Positions 35,207-44,578 of a stretch of DNA of 64,000 bases are shown here, piece by piece (position 1 is the first letter of the stretch; each line of letters starts with the position of its first letter). This DNA is from Bacteroidota bacterium. GTDB taxonomy: Bacteria > Bacteroidota > Rhodothermia > Rhodothermales > JBCDJV01. A program made the translations under genes and the position numbers. The notes below the pieces were generated by a model. The model saw only the letters and a program-made list of their open reading frames with translations, did not search any database and was not told the DNA's origin. The stretch is from the NCBI GenBank assembly GCA_038747425.1, contig JBCDJV010000007.1:9164-73163 (forward strand), read 5' to 3'.

Positions 35207-37978
35207 TTACCGAGCCGGCAGGACCAGCGGCGCCTCCAGGGCCTGCGTGATGCGGGCGTGGGTGTCCAGCAAGTGGGCCTTGGTGTCCCGGTTGATGGAG
35301 CCGCTGTCCACCACCTGCTCGATGTTCGTCTGCAGCTCGGACAGCTCCAGGCGGGCCAGCGAGCGGGCCTGCTCCGGCGTGGGCGGGTTCATGCGGGCCC
35401 GCTCTGGGGCATTCCAGTACAACTCACCCAGAGCCAGGCCGATCAGCTGGTCGGCGTACATGGCCTGCAGGTTGCGGCGGAACGAGTTCACGTTGGTCCC
35501 AGCCTCCAGCTCGCTGAAGACGGCGCCCGTGAGCGTCTGCAGCATCTCGCTGATGGTGTAGGCCTCGCCCGTGACGCGCGCCTCGTTGTCGATCATGCGC
35601 TGCAAGCGGACCGGGTGGAGCAAGTCCGTCATGAGCATGCCTTGGCCTTGCTTGACCAGATTGTGGATCGGGAAGTCCACGGGGAGTGGCATGGACTGGC
35701 CCCAGTGGTTGTAGCGGTTCGGCGCCATCTTGTTGAGCATCTCCGCATCCACGTCGATGGCATCCTGTGCGAAGGCCTGGTCCACGATCAGCGCCACGGC
35801 CTCGCGCTGCTGCGCGGCGGCGACAGGCGTGAACGGCATCCGCTGGTTGGGATCGCCCTTGTGGTCACGGGCGAAGTAGAGCCCGCCCACGTAGCGCACA
35901 GCCGGGGCCAGAGAGGACATCCGGTTGTACAACAGCGAGGCGGTGGCGCCCCGAAGCTGCTGGTAACCTTCCCCCTCTTCGATCAGCCGCTCCTCGATGA
36001 CGGGCTCGACCCGCTTCATGAGAGCCGCCTGGTTGCGCGCGAAAGCCAGGGCGTCCGAGCCGAGATCCCAGGCGTTGGTCATGGGGTCGACGGCGTAGGG
36101 GCCGATCCAGTTGTCCTCGTCGGTGTTGTAGGCGAGAAGCGGGCTGGCCGCTTGGCTCGCCATCGCCTGCAAGGCCTCAAGCTCTTGCTCCGGCGTCGTG
36201 GCGAGCGCTGGCCGTTCGTCCTTGCCGCCTTCGCCCTCGATCAAGGCCATGCTGGGCTCGACGAAGACCGGCGTGTAGGCGTACTGCGTGGCCCACACAT
36301 CGTAGGCGCCCAGCTCCACATTGTAGTAGTGCCCCTGCTCATCGGGATCGACGGCTACGTTGACCGGGGCGTACTCCATCACGGAGAGGCTGACGCCGTT
36401 CTGGCGCGTGAAGGACTCGTCGTGCAGCTTGTCCGTGGGAATGGCGGCAGAGCCCTTGAAGTTGTGCCGCATGCCCAGCGTGTGCCCCACCTCGTGCATG
36501 ATGAGGTCGCGGATGGCATCGCCCAGGAACTCCTCCGTCATCTCGGCCGGCGCGGGGAGCGTGCCCAGGCCCATCATGTAGAGGTACTGGAGAGCCATCT
36601 GCTGCCCCTTGCCGGACTCGGCCAGGCACATCCGGTCCCGCATGTGGGCCGGTGCGTTCTCGTAGAGCTCCTGCATCCGCTGGTGCTCCACGAAGAGCGC
36701 GTTCGGATCCGCCGCGAGGCGCTGGAACGTGCTGCGCCAGCCCGTGACGAAGGTCGACGAGATGAGGATGTCTGCGTTCAGGATCTCACCGGTGCGCGGG
36801 TCGGTCTGGGACGGGCCGATGGCGTAGCCCATGCTCTGGGCAGCGGTCCAGCGGACGGTTGAGAAGCGGGCATCCTCGGCGCTCCAGGTGGAATCGTCCG
36901 GCGCCTCGAGGGCCACGATCGCGTTCTTGAAGCCGGCGGCCTCGAAGCCCTTGTTCCAGCCTTCGATGCCCTCCTTCACATACGGACGGTACTCATGGGG
37001 CACGCTGTGGTCGATGTAGAACACAATCGGCTCGACCGGCTCGGAGAGCTCGCCGCGCGCGATGGCCGCCGGGTCCTGGGGCTCCAGGCGCCAGCGCTCC
37101 ACATAGCGCAAGTAGGGCGTGTCCGCCTGGTCCCGCGAGAAGTCTCGGCGAGCCGTGATGAAGTTACCCACGCGGTCGTCCGCATAGCGCGGCATCATGG
37201 GATCATCCGGCAGCTTGACGAACGAGTAGCGCACCCCAATCGGGATGGAGCGGCCGTCCGTGACCGTGGGTCGGTAGACCGGACGAGACGGCGTGTAGGC
37301 CAGCGCGGCGTCGATCTCTACGTTCTCCGGGAAGCCCATCAGGTTTTCCACGTAGCTCTTCGACTTGTCGAAGCGCGGGGGCTGGTTGTTGAAGTAGAAG
37401 CGCAGCCCCTGGGCCACGTTGGCATAGTCCGAAACGATGAACGGCGTGACGTCGATCAGCAGATTGTTCGACTCTTTGTGCTGACTTTCGATCTTGAAGA
37501 CGCCCGCCACCGAGTGGCCCATGTTGTCCGCCAGCGAGTTGGCCATGGGGCTGCCTTCGTCGGCGATGAAGCGTGGGTTGCGGTGCACGAGGTGGATGTT
37601 ATCCCCCACGCGGGTCAGCCGCATCATCTGCATGTCCGTGAGCGGGAGCCCGTCGTGCAGGTTGAAGTCCCCTACGCCGCGGCTGTAGTGCATCACCAAG
37701 CCGAAGTCTTGATCAAGCTGGTCTTGCGCGACTTCGAGAAAAAGGGTGTTGTCCCGCTTCAGGTGGAAGGTGAATAGGCCCTCGATCGGCTTCGTGTCTT
37801 CGAGGGTTTTCGCCCAGGGCTTGAACGGATCCTTGGGGGCGGGGGGCGCAGCCGGGGTGGCGGCCGACGCGGTGGGTGTGGCCGGTTGCTCAGCGGTCGT
37901 CGGTGGATACACATGGGTCGTAGTGCACCCAGACACGGCGACTGCGGCCAGCAACAAGCTGGTCAACAGCGATCGCAT
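35207..37978 (-). CDS. secreted zinc-dependent metalloprotease (DUF5117/DUF4953-type)
   Basis: It has a lipoprotein-type leader (LLLAAVAVSGC) and the HEVGHTLGMRHNF zinc motif. The ATG is at 37978. Confidence 0.85.
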   Translation of the reverse strand: MRSLLTSLLLAAVAVSGCTTTHVYPPTTAEQPATPTASAATPAAPPAPKDPFKPWAKTLEDTKPIEGLFTFHLKRDNTLFLEVAQDQLDQDFGLVMHYSRGVGDFNLHDGLPLTDMQMMRLTRVGDNIHLVHRNPRFIADEGSPMANSLADNMGHSVAGVFKIESQHKESNNLLIDVTPFIVSDYANVAQGLRFYFNNQPPRFDKSKSYVENLMGFPENVEIDAALAYTPSRPVYRPTVTDGRSIPIGVRYSFVKLPDDPMMPRYADDRVGNFITARRDFSRDQADTPYLRYVERWRLEPQDPAAIARGELSEPVEPIVFYIDHSVPHEYRPYVKEGIEGWNKGFEAAGFKNAIVALEAPDDSTWSAEDARFSTVRWTAAQSMGYAIGPSQTDPRTGEILNADILISSTFVTGWRSTFQRLAADPNALFVEHQRMQELYENAPAHMRDRMCLAESGKGQQMALQYLYMMGLGTLPAPAEMTEEFLGDAIRDLIMHEVGHTLGMRHNFKGSAAIPTDKLHDESFTRQNGVSLSVMEYAPVNVAVDPDEQGHYYNVELGAYDVWATQYAYTPVFVEPSMALIEGEGGKDERPALATTPEQELEALQAMASQAASPLLAYNTDEDNWIGPYAVDPMTNAWDLGSDALAFARNQAALMKRVEPVIEERLIEEGEGYQQLRGATASLLYNRMSSLAPAVRYVGGLYFARDHKGDPNQRMPFTPVAAAQQREAVALIVDQAFAQDAIDVDAEMLNKMAPNRYNHWGQSMPLPVDFPIHNLVKQGQGMLMTDLLHPVRLQRMIDNEARVTGEAYTISEMLQTLTGAVFSELEAGTNVNSFRRNLQAMYADQLIGLALGELYWNAPERARMNPPTPEQARSLARLELSELQTNIEQVVDSGSINRDTKAHLLDTHARITQALEAPLVLPAR

Positions 37979-38136
37979 AAGACATAAAAACAGATGGGGA
38001 TAAGAATGGGCGAAAGGCGCACACGCGGTGTGCACCCCCGTGGAGGTGTTTCAAAAGTAGGCTGAGGCGCAGAGAGGCGGGAGGTAAAAAGGAAGGGCCC
38101 ATCCCCACCCTGCAGTAGAAATGAAACGGGGGCGCT

Positions 38137-38364
38137 CTATCCCCAGACAAGCGAGCCGGTGAACAGTACCGCAAAGCCCGACACAAAGACCAGGAACGGC
38201 TGCTTCGCGTCGTCCCAGTGCCGAAATGCAAACACGACGATCGCGAAGGGGAGCAGCAGGCCAGCAAGGCCCCACAACACATGTTCACGGAAGGCGGCCA
38301 CGAGCAACAGAACGGTGCCCATGAGAAGAAGCAGAACGCCAGCGCCCATGACGGCGATATCCAT
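38137..38364 (-). CDS. small membrane protein (75 aa)
   Basis: MDIAVMGAGVLLLLMGTVLLLVAAF...GLAGLLLPFAIVVFAF...FLVFVSGFAVLFTGSLVWG contains three hydrophobic helices. Confidence 0.5.
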   Translation of the reverse strand: MDIAVMGAGVLLLLMGTVLLLVAAFREHVLWGLAGLLLPFAIVVFAFRHWDDAKQPFLVFVSGFAVLFTGSLVWG

Positions 38365-38621
38365 GGCGATTATATGGATAGGTGGGTGATAACAGACTTC
38401 TTCAATTGGTTCAAGAACCATGCCTGCCTGGGTTAAGGACCTTCCCCTTCTGGAGCATGGCCCCGCTCACGCATCGGTCCGTCCCCCCCTGATCACAGGC
38501 GGTTTCAGCCGCGCATCGCCTGGAGGTGGCCCCTGGCCCGGACGCCGGGCCAGCACCCGGGTAACCGGGCTGTCTGTTTTGCGTAGCCCGGCCTTTCCCT
38601 CCCACCACAGCCTCCCTCGAC

Positions 38622-40043
38622 ATGCGTCACCCCCGCCGGGCCTGCCCGCTCCTCTTCTTCCTCATTCTGATCCTGAGCGGGTACCGCGTGGCCGCACAAA
38701 CACCCGCCCCGCTCCCTGATATCCCGCTCCCTGATATCAAGGAGCAGATCGAAACGATGATGAAGGCCTACGCCGTTGAAGGGCTCGCCGTGGTCGTGGT
38801 TCGGGATCAGGAGACCCTCCTGTCCAGTGGGTTGGGGGTCCAGGCAGACGGCACCCCTTACACCTCGGACACGCCCAATGGCGCGTATTCGGCCACGAAA
38901 GCGCTCTCCTCGTTCGTCTACGCCTCCCTCGTTGAAGAGGGCCTGCTCGACCTGGACGCCCCAATCGGCCAGCTCCTCGACGACGCACCAGCCGCTTGGG
39001 CCGACATTCCGTTCTGGCGCTTGCTCAACCACACGTCCGGGATCACGATGATCGTGAACCGGCCCGAGTTCGAGCACCTCGAGGCGGATCCAACCACTGG
39101 CAACGCAGAGATCTACCGGATCCTCCGCCCACATCCTCTCGACTATGCCCCCGGCAAGGCCTCGCGGTACCGGCAGAGCGGGTATGCCGTGGCTGAGATG
39201 ATCCTCGAACAGCAGCTCGGGCAGACGTGGCCAGCCTTGGTCGAGGACCACCTGACCGGTCCAGCTGGCGCAACGGCCACGGTCCATGCCCAGCTTGCCT
39301 CCGGAGCGCGCACCACACCGCTCATCGCATCAGCCGGCGGGTACCAGACCACCGCTGACGACATGGCCGCTCTCTTCCGCGCCCTGAACGCCGGACAGGT
39401 GGTGGCTCCGGCGTTCCTGGAAGACCTCCTCTACCGGGACGCGTACACCGTCAACGGCTACAGCCTGGGCAGCATCCTGGACGTCATCGACGGCGTTCGG
39501 ACCCTGGGCCACCAAGGCGGCGGCGCGCGGGCGACGGTCCGGTACGTGCCGAGCCGACGCGTCGGAGTGGCGGTGTTCACCCACGAGACGGCCAACTACG
39601 GCCTGGCCCTTCATGTGGCCGACCTGCTTGTCCGAGCCTTTGCGCTTGGTCAACAGCCCAAGCTCCCGATCTCGGCTCCCCTGCTGGAGATGCGGACCGC
39701 CCCGGCCAGCGACATCGTCGCGTTCTACGAGGCCGCCTCCGCCCAGCCGGACCCCGCGTATGACTTCACGCAGGCCGAGTGGATCCTCAACCAGCTCGGC
39801 TACCTGGCCCTGAGTGACGGTCGGATTGACGACGCCATCACGGTGTTCTCGTTGAACGTTCGCGCGCATCCTGGGTCGGCGAACGTACACGACAGCCTCG
39901 GCGAGGCTTATTTCGAACAGGGGGACCTGGACCGCGCCCATTCGAGCTACCGCCGCGCCCTCGAGCTGGACCCATCGAGCGTGCATGCCCAAACGATGAT
40001 CGAGCGCATCAACAAGCAGCGCCAAGAGGGCGGTGGACCGTGA
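38622..40043 (+). CDS. serine hydrolase (beta-lactamase family) with C-terminal TPR repeats
   Basis: It has a signal peptide, the SxxK motif (YSATKAL), and a TPR-like C-terminus (HDSLGEAYFEQGDLDRAHSSYRRALELDP). Confidence 0.8.
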   Translation: MRHPRRACPLLFFLILILSGYRVAAQTPAPLPDIPLPDIKEQIETMMKAYAVEGLAVVVVRDQETLLSSGLGVQADGTPYTSDTPNGAYSATKALSSFVYASLVEEGLLDLDAPIGQLLDDAPAAWADIPFWRLLNHTSGITMIVNRPEFEHLEADPTTGNAEIYRILRPHPLDYAPGKASRYRQSGYAVAEMILEQQLGQTWPALVEDHLTGPAGATATVHAQLASGARTTPLIASAGGYQTTADDMAALFRALNAGQVVAPAFLEDLLYRDAYTVNGYSLGSILDVIDGVRTLGHQGGGARATVRYVPSRRVGVAVFTHETANYGLALHVADLLVRAFALGQQPKLPISAPLLEMRTAPASDIVAFYEAASAQPDPAYDFTQAEWILNQLGYLALSDGRIDDAITVFSLNVRAHPGSANVHDSLGEAYFEQGDLDRAHSSYRRALELDPSSVHAQTMIERINKQRQEGGGP

Positions 40044-40109
40044 CGATGGACCCGTTCTGAGCCCGGGTGGGCGACGGGGCCGTGACAAGGTATGCCCAGA
40101 AGGCAGGCT

Positions 40110-40122
40110 GTACCGGGAGCGG
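40110..40122 (+). repeat. distal direct repeat (att-like) GTACCGGGAGCGG
   Basis: Exact 13-nt match to 41846-41858. Confidence 0.7.
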
Positions 40123-40717
40123 ATTCGGGGGCATCACGGCAGATCGGTACACCACCGCTCGGCATTGGCCGCATAGGTTGGCAGGGGGCGAGCACACACC
40201 ACGGCACACACTCACAAGCGAGACAAGACCATGACCATACCCGAGCTGATCGCCCACGCTGGCGACGACACCATCATGATCCAGAACCTTGACGAATCGG
40301 CATCCTCGATTCGCCTGTCTGGCGGAGTTGGCAAGATCACATTCAATACCGCGCCGTCGCATGTCTCAGAAAGAGCCATCGGTGAGGGGCAACCCTCGCA
40401 CATCGGGCTCCTGCTGTGGCTTCCGGCGCACCTCGTGCCAGATGTGACCACCTGACCCCACCCCTCCGCTCACCCTGGATACGCTGGTGCGATGACGCTG
40501 TCCTACCAATACTCCTGGTCGCCGCCTGGGCCTGCGGCGCCATGCTGGCGGTGTACGCGCTTCAGCTAGCGCTGCGCCTAGATGCTGCCAACCGGCGCGC
40601 TGACTGCCTAGCAGTCAAGCTTGACGAAGAGCGCCGTCACGCTGACGTGCAGCAGCCACTCATCGACTGGTACCGGCAGACGTACGAAGATGTGACGAGC
40701 GTGGATGGGAGGCGGAA

Positions 40718-40936
40718 CTAGGCGCTGAACCCCTCGCGCTCCGCTAGCACGTCCAGGAGCCGAGCCGTCGGCCCCGACACGCCCCCGGTGCCTCGCTCTA
40801 GCTGCGAGACCTTGACCTGAGCACCGGCCCCGTAGCCAAGCCAGCGCCCATAGTCGCTCTGTGTCATTTCCATGTGCTTCCTGAAGGCACGTATGCGCTC
40901 TTTCGGCCAATCGGTTGGGGGGTCTAGCTTGGGCAT
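40718..40936 (-). CDS. XRE-family helix-turn-helix transcriptional regulator (72 aa)
   Basis: IRAFRKHMEMTQSDYGRWLGYGAGAQVKVSQLERG is a typical Cro/C1-type HTH. Confidence 0.75.
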   Translation of the reverse strand: MPKLDPPTDWPKERIRAFRKHMEMTQSDYGRWLGYGAGAQVKVSQLERGTGGVSGPTARLLDVLAEREGFSA

Positions 40937-40987
40937 ATAAAGATACCAAAAAGATATAAAAGGTAGCTCTACCTACTTGGATAATAG

Positions 40988-41002
40988 ATACCTTTTGGGT
41001 AT
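40988..41002. promoter_or_regulatory. palindrome ATACC-N5-GGTAT in the AT-rich divergent intergenic region; candidate operator
   Basis: The sequence is ATACCttttgGGTAT. AGATACC also occurs at 40941-40947 and 40986-40992. Confidence 0.35.
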
Positions 41003-41050
41003 ATTTCAAGTGTTTGAGCAGCGCATCCAGACAGCCCGCCGAAGGTCACG

Positions 41051-41269
41051 ATGAAGCACCCCAGCAAAGAGATCCGCAAGGCGCTGAAGGAGGCCGAGGC
41101 GGCGGGCTGGACCGTGAAGAAGGCGTCAGCGCGCAGTCATGCTTGGGGGCGCATCTACTGCCCATACGGTCACAGCCAGTGCCAGATGAGCATATGGAGC
41201 ACGCCCCGCGTCCCCGAGCATCATGCACGCCTGATTCGGGCCTACATCAGGAAGTGCCCTGGCCCGTAG
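41051..41269 (+). CDS. small basic hypothetical protein (72 aa), loosely HicA-like
   Basis: EIRKALKEAEAAGWTVKKASARSHAWGRIYCP...STPRVPEHHARLIRAYIRK resembles the small mRNA-interferase-like pattern (xGW...GSH...P) only weakly. Confidence 0.45.
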   Translation: MKHPSKEIRKALKEAEAAGWTVKKASARSHAWGRIYCPYGHSQCQMSIWSTPRVPEHHARLIRAYIRKCPGP

Positions 41270-41356
41270 AGGCCTCGGTTGCGGGGCGTGCTGCTCAGCT
41301 AGCCCACGAACCCCACCCGGCCTGCTCACGTATAGATCCGCCATAGCTACGCTACC

Positions 41357-41674
41357 ATGTACGCCCCACACGCCATACACCCGGCCGAGACACCTGCCAT
41401 GCCTGCGTTCGAGTTTGACATCTTCGTGGGACGTGCACCGAGCACGCCTCATACCAGCGCCGATGCGTTTGCGGACCTTGTTGAGGGCCCGCTCTTTGAA
41501 GCGTTCCAGGGCGACGTGACGCCCGGAGCGCGAGGCGGCCGCCTGCTGATCTCCTGCCACCTGGAGGCGGGTACGCTCGGCGAGGCGATCGACAGCGTCT
41601 TAACCGTGATCACTCCGCTGGGCTTCTATGCAAGCGTAGTTGAGGTGGAGGACTCTGCTGAGGTGGCCGCCTGA
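41357..41674 (+). CDS. hypothetical protein (start may be ATG 41399)
   Basis: The ORF follows the 41051 gene on the same strand. I recognise no family. Confidence 0.4.
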   Translation: MYAPHAIHPAETPAMPAFEFDIFVGRAPSTPHTSADAFADLVEGPLFEAFQGDVTPGARGGRLLISCHLEAGTLGEAIDSVLTVITPLGFYASVVEVEDSAEVAA

Positions 41675-41846
41675 GTCCCCACCATGGCCGCCCCCATCGA
41701 GGCGGAGATGCTTGGAAGGCGCTGACCCATGTTTTCAGGCCTCGGTCTCTCATGCGAGTACACAATGCCCCAACCCGACAATACAACGAACTCCGCACCT
41801 CCTTGGGCTGCAACGGATTTGGGTAAGAGGTCTTGCCTAGGTCTAG

Positions 41847-41932
41847 TACCGGGAGCGGGGCTCGAACCCGCACGATCCTTGCGGATCAACGGATTTTAAG
41901 TCCGTTGTGTCTACCAATTCCACCATCCCGGC
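41847..41932 (-). tRNA. tRNA-Leu (anticodon UAA)
   Basis: The minus strand reads GCCGGGA-TG-GTGGAATTGGTAGACAC-A-ACGGA-CTTAAAA-TCCGT-TGATCCGCAAGGATCGT-GCGGG-TTCGAGC-CCCGC-TCCCGGT-A. This gives a cloverleaf with a long variable arm and anticodon TAA. It is 86 nt long and CCA is not encoded. Confidence 0.9.
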
Positions 41933-42062
41933 TGGGTAGCAAATGAAGGTAGTGGCGCCATAGGCCGTCTGCAACCCACCAGGCGGGGGCCGATAGCCCG
42001 CCTGCGCGCATGTTCTCTGACACCCGTCGCATGCTCTGTCGTATCTATGGACACCACCAGCC

Positions 42063-42284
42063 TTGTCCATGACCTCCTGGCCTATGCCCAGCCCGCCCCA
42101 CTCTGCTCCGCTCCCGGCCTGGGCTCAGAAGACCCTCCGGCGCACCTGGGGGGTACTCTTTGGCATCTTTGCCGCGGTGGGCCTGATCATTGGGGGCGGC
42201 GCCTGGCTGGCGCAGGCCTACCCGGCCGAGGGGTATGTTGTGATCGGGTTTGGAATCCTCCTGCCCGTGATAGCGCCCGTCTGA
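42063..42284 (+). CDS. possible small membrane protein (73 aa)
   Basis: It has two hydrophobic segments (VLFGIFAAVGLIIGGGAWLA; YVVIGFGILLPVIAPV). There is no other support. Confidence 0.3.
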   Translation: MSMTSWPMPSPPHSAPLPAWAQKTLRRTWGVLFGIFAAVGLIIGGGAWLAQAYPAEGYVVIGFGILLPVIAPV

Positions 42285-42452
42285 CCCGGTCTGGCGATCA
42301 ACGGGGATCACGAGCCCTCGATGCGCATCAGCATGTGAAGTTGCTGGCGCGATGGGCCGTCTGCAGCCCAGCACGCGGCTTGGAGGCGAACTTTGGAGGC
42401 GGACGGGCCGTACCGCTTGCGTCTTTTTCGTGGCCGCCCGTCTTCTGTACCC

Positions 42453-43247
42453 ATGCCCGCTCCGCCTGATCTCTATCAGCAGGCTGCCCTGGATGCCGCT
42501 GCCCGCGCCTATGCCCCCTACTCCGGACGGCAGGTGGGCACGGTGCTCGTCCTGGCCGATGGCACCTGGGTCCCCGGCGTGCGCGTAGAGAATGCGTCGT
42601 TCGGCCTCACCATCTCGGCCCTGCTCAACGCCTACACCACACTTCGCACCGCCCAGCGCAACGACCTGGTGGGCGTGGTCCACAGCCACCCGCTGCAGCC
42701 CGACGAGGAGGCCTTCCTCCAAGCCACCCCGCCGGGCTCCTGGACCGCAGACACGCTCCGTGCTTGGCGCAGCCGTGACCACCCGTGGCCGACCCCCACC
42801 AGCCCGTTAAACCCCTTTCTGCCAGGCCCCCTCCCCAAGGAGCCCGAGGCAGGCCTGGCCCGAGCCCGGCGCGTGGCCGAGGGCGCTTTCATCCCAGAGT
42901 CTGACTTTCCTGTCGGGTGCCTGATCGCGACCGACGAGGGGCCGCTCGTACCAGGCGTCAATGTGGAACACGCGGACTGGTCGCGGATTCTGTGCGCGGA
43001 GCGTACAGCACTCAGCACGGCCGTCACTTACGGCGTTACGCCGCGTACCGTCTACGTGTCTTGCCCCCTCGACCCCACCGGCTCACCTTGTGGAGCCTGC
43101 CGCCAGGTGCTGGTCGAGCAGGCCGCAGGGACGATCGTCTGGCAAGACCGCGGCCCCGCTCCAGCGCTTCGCACCTCGCCCGAGGCGTTACTGCCCCACT
43201 CCTTCCAAGGCCAGCCGCTGCGCACCCACCCCACGTCCACCCGCTGA
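42453..43247 (+). CDS. cdd: two-domain cytidine deaminase (degenerate N-terminal half, catalytic C-terminal half)
   Basis: The C-terminal half has the CAERTALS and PCGACRQVLVE zinc motifs. The N-terminal half (YAPYSGRQVGTVLVLADGTWVPGVRVENASF) is CDA-like but lacks CAE/PCxxC. The ATG is at 42453. Confidence 0.8.
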   Translation: MPAPPDLYQQAALDAAARAYAPYSGRQVGTVLVLADGTWVPGVRVENASFGLTISALLNAYTTLRTAQRNDLVGVVHSHPLQPDEEAFLQATPPGSWTADTLRAWRSRDHPWPTPTSPLNPFLPGPLPKEPEAGLARARRVAEGAFIPESDFPVGCLIATDEGPLVPGVNVEHADWSRILCAERTALSTAVTYGVTPRTVYVSCPLDPTGSPCGACRQVLVEQAAGTIVWQDRGPAPALRTSPEALLPHSFQGQPLRTHPTSTR

Positions 43248-43280
43248 CCCAACCAGGCCGCTCGTTCTGATTCTCCCCGT

Positions 43281-44297
43281 ATGCTGTTCGATCTGCTGAT
43301 CTTTCTGGCCGGCCTGGCCGTCCTCTATCTCGGGGCCGAATGGCTGGTCAAGGGCGCGGCCCTCCTGGCGCTCCAGTATGGCATCCGCCCCATCGTGGTC
43401 GGCCTCACCGTGGTGGCCCTCGGTACGTCGATGCCAGAGTTCATCCTCAACTTCATCGCGGCCTTCTCCGGCGAGGACAGCCTGGCGCTGGGCAATATCG
43501 TGGGCTCCAACATCTGCAACATCGCGCTCATCCTGGGCACCAGTGCGGTGGTCCTGCCCCTGGCCGTCAAGCCCGGCACCTTGCGCAAGGAGTACCCCAT
43601 CATGATGGCCGTCATGGTCCTGTTCTACGTCCTGGCCCTGGACGGCCTCATCAGCCAGACCGACGGCGTCATCCTGGTGGCAGGCCTGCTCGCGTTCATG
43701 GCCTTTGTGGTAATCGACAGCCGCCGCCAGACACGTCTGGAAGAGGAAGCCGCCGCCAACGCCCCGGCTCCACCGGCCGCACAGGGCGCCGCCACTGAGT
43801 CAGCCGGAGGGGGCCGCGATGCCCAGGAGGCCCCCGCTGAACTTCCTCGATGGAAAAAGATCGGGCTGCTGGCCGGCGGCATGGCCTTCCTGGGCGGCGG
43901 CGCCCAGCTCATGGTGTACGCTGCCGTCAACGTGGCCGAGTCCTTGGGCATCGACCCGATCATCGTGGGGCTGACCGTCCTGGCCATCGGCACGAGCCTG
44001 CCGGAGCTGGCCGCCTCGGTGGTGAGTGCGATGAAGCAGGAGGCCGACCTCTCGCTGGGGAATGTGCTGGGCAGCAATCTCCTCAACGTGCTCTTTGTGG
44101 TGGGTATGCTGTCTCTGTTTCGCCCATTGGCCGTGGACAGCGAGTCGATCGCGATCCATTTCCCGGTGATGCTGGCCTTTGCGGCCATCCTGCTGCCTGT
44201 AGCCTGGACCGGCTACCAGATCAGCCGCGTCGAGGGCGGCGTCCTCCTCGCCGGGTTCACCGGCTACCTCGTCTACTTGGTCCTGCCCTACATGTAA
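43281..44297 (+). CDS. calcium/sodium:cation antiporter (CaCA/YrbG family)
   Basis: It has two alpha-repeat motifs (GTSMPEF; GTSLPELAAS) in a multi-TM protein with a central acidic loop. Confidence 0.88.
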   Translation: MLFDLLIFLAGLAVLYLGAEWLVKGAALLALQYGIRPIVVGLTVVALGTSMPEFILNFIAAFSGEDSLALGNIVGSNICNIALILGTSAVVLPLAVKPGTLRKEYPIMMAVMVLFYVLALDGLISQTDGVILVAGLLAFMAFVVIDSRRQTRLEEEAAANAPAPPAAQGAATESAGGGRDAQEAPAELPRWKKIGLLAGGMAFLGGGAQLMVYAAVNVAESLGIDPIIVGLTVLAIGTSLPELAASVVSAMKQEADLSLGNVLGSNLLNVLFVVGMLSLFRPLAVDSESIAIHFPVMLAFAAILLPVAWTGYQISRVEGGVLLAGFTGYLVYLVLPYM

Positions 44298-44352
44298 ACC
44301 TGGGCCGGCCCCGCGCACCATTCATCCTTCACCCCTCATGCGAGTCAAGGGT

Positions 44353-44412
44353 TCGAGGACCCCGCCAGGGCTGATTTCAGGCCGGATGCCTCGCACAGAT
44401 TCCTCGACGGCC
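44353..44412 (+). repeat. copy B of the ~60-nt dispersed intergenic repeat
   Basis: See 24749..24808. The 12-nt core TCGAGGACCCCG is identical, and roughly three quarters of the following positions match by eye. Confidence 0.6.
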
Positions 44413-44578
44413 AACCGGTAGCCCTAGCACGACGAGTCACCGGGTACGTCAGCCTGGGGGACTGGGCTCAACCCTTGATGCACATCACTCACCAGGCCCC
44501 TAGGCCTCAGGGGAACCGAGCACCGTCTGCTGGCTACGACCTATTTCGTCCGCCGGACCCGCCTCGCCTCGCCTCTTC

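Larger units (their letters stand above)
40110..41858. mobile_element. putative decayed integrative-element remnant at the 3' end of tRNA-Leu, bounded by 13-bp direct repeats; no integrase
   Basis: GTACCGGGAGCGG occurs at 40110-40122 and again at 41846-41858, where it covers the 3' acceptor/T-stem end of tRNA-Leu. The interval holds only small ORFs, including an XRE-type HTH, and an AT-rich divergent promoter region. Confidence 0.5.
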
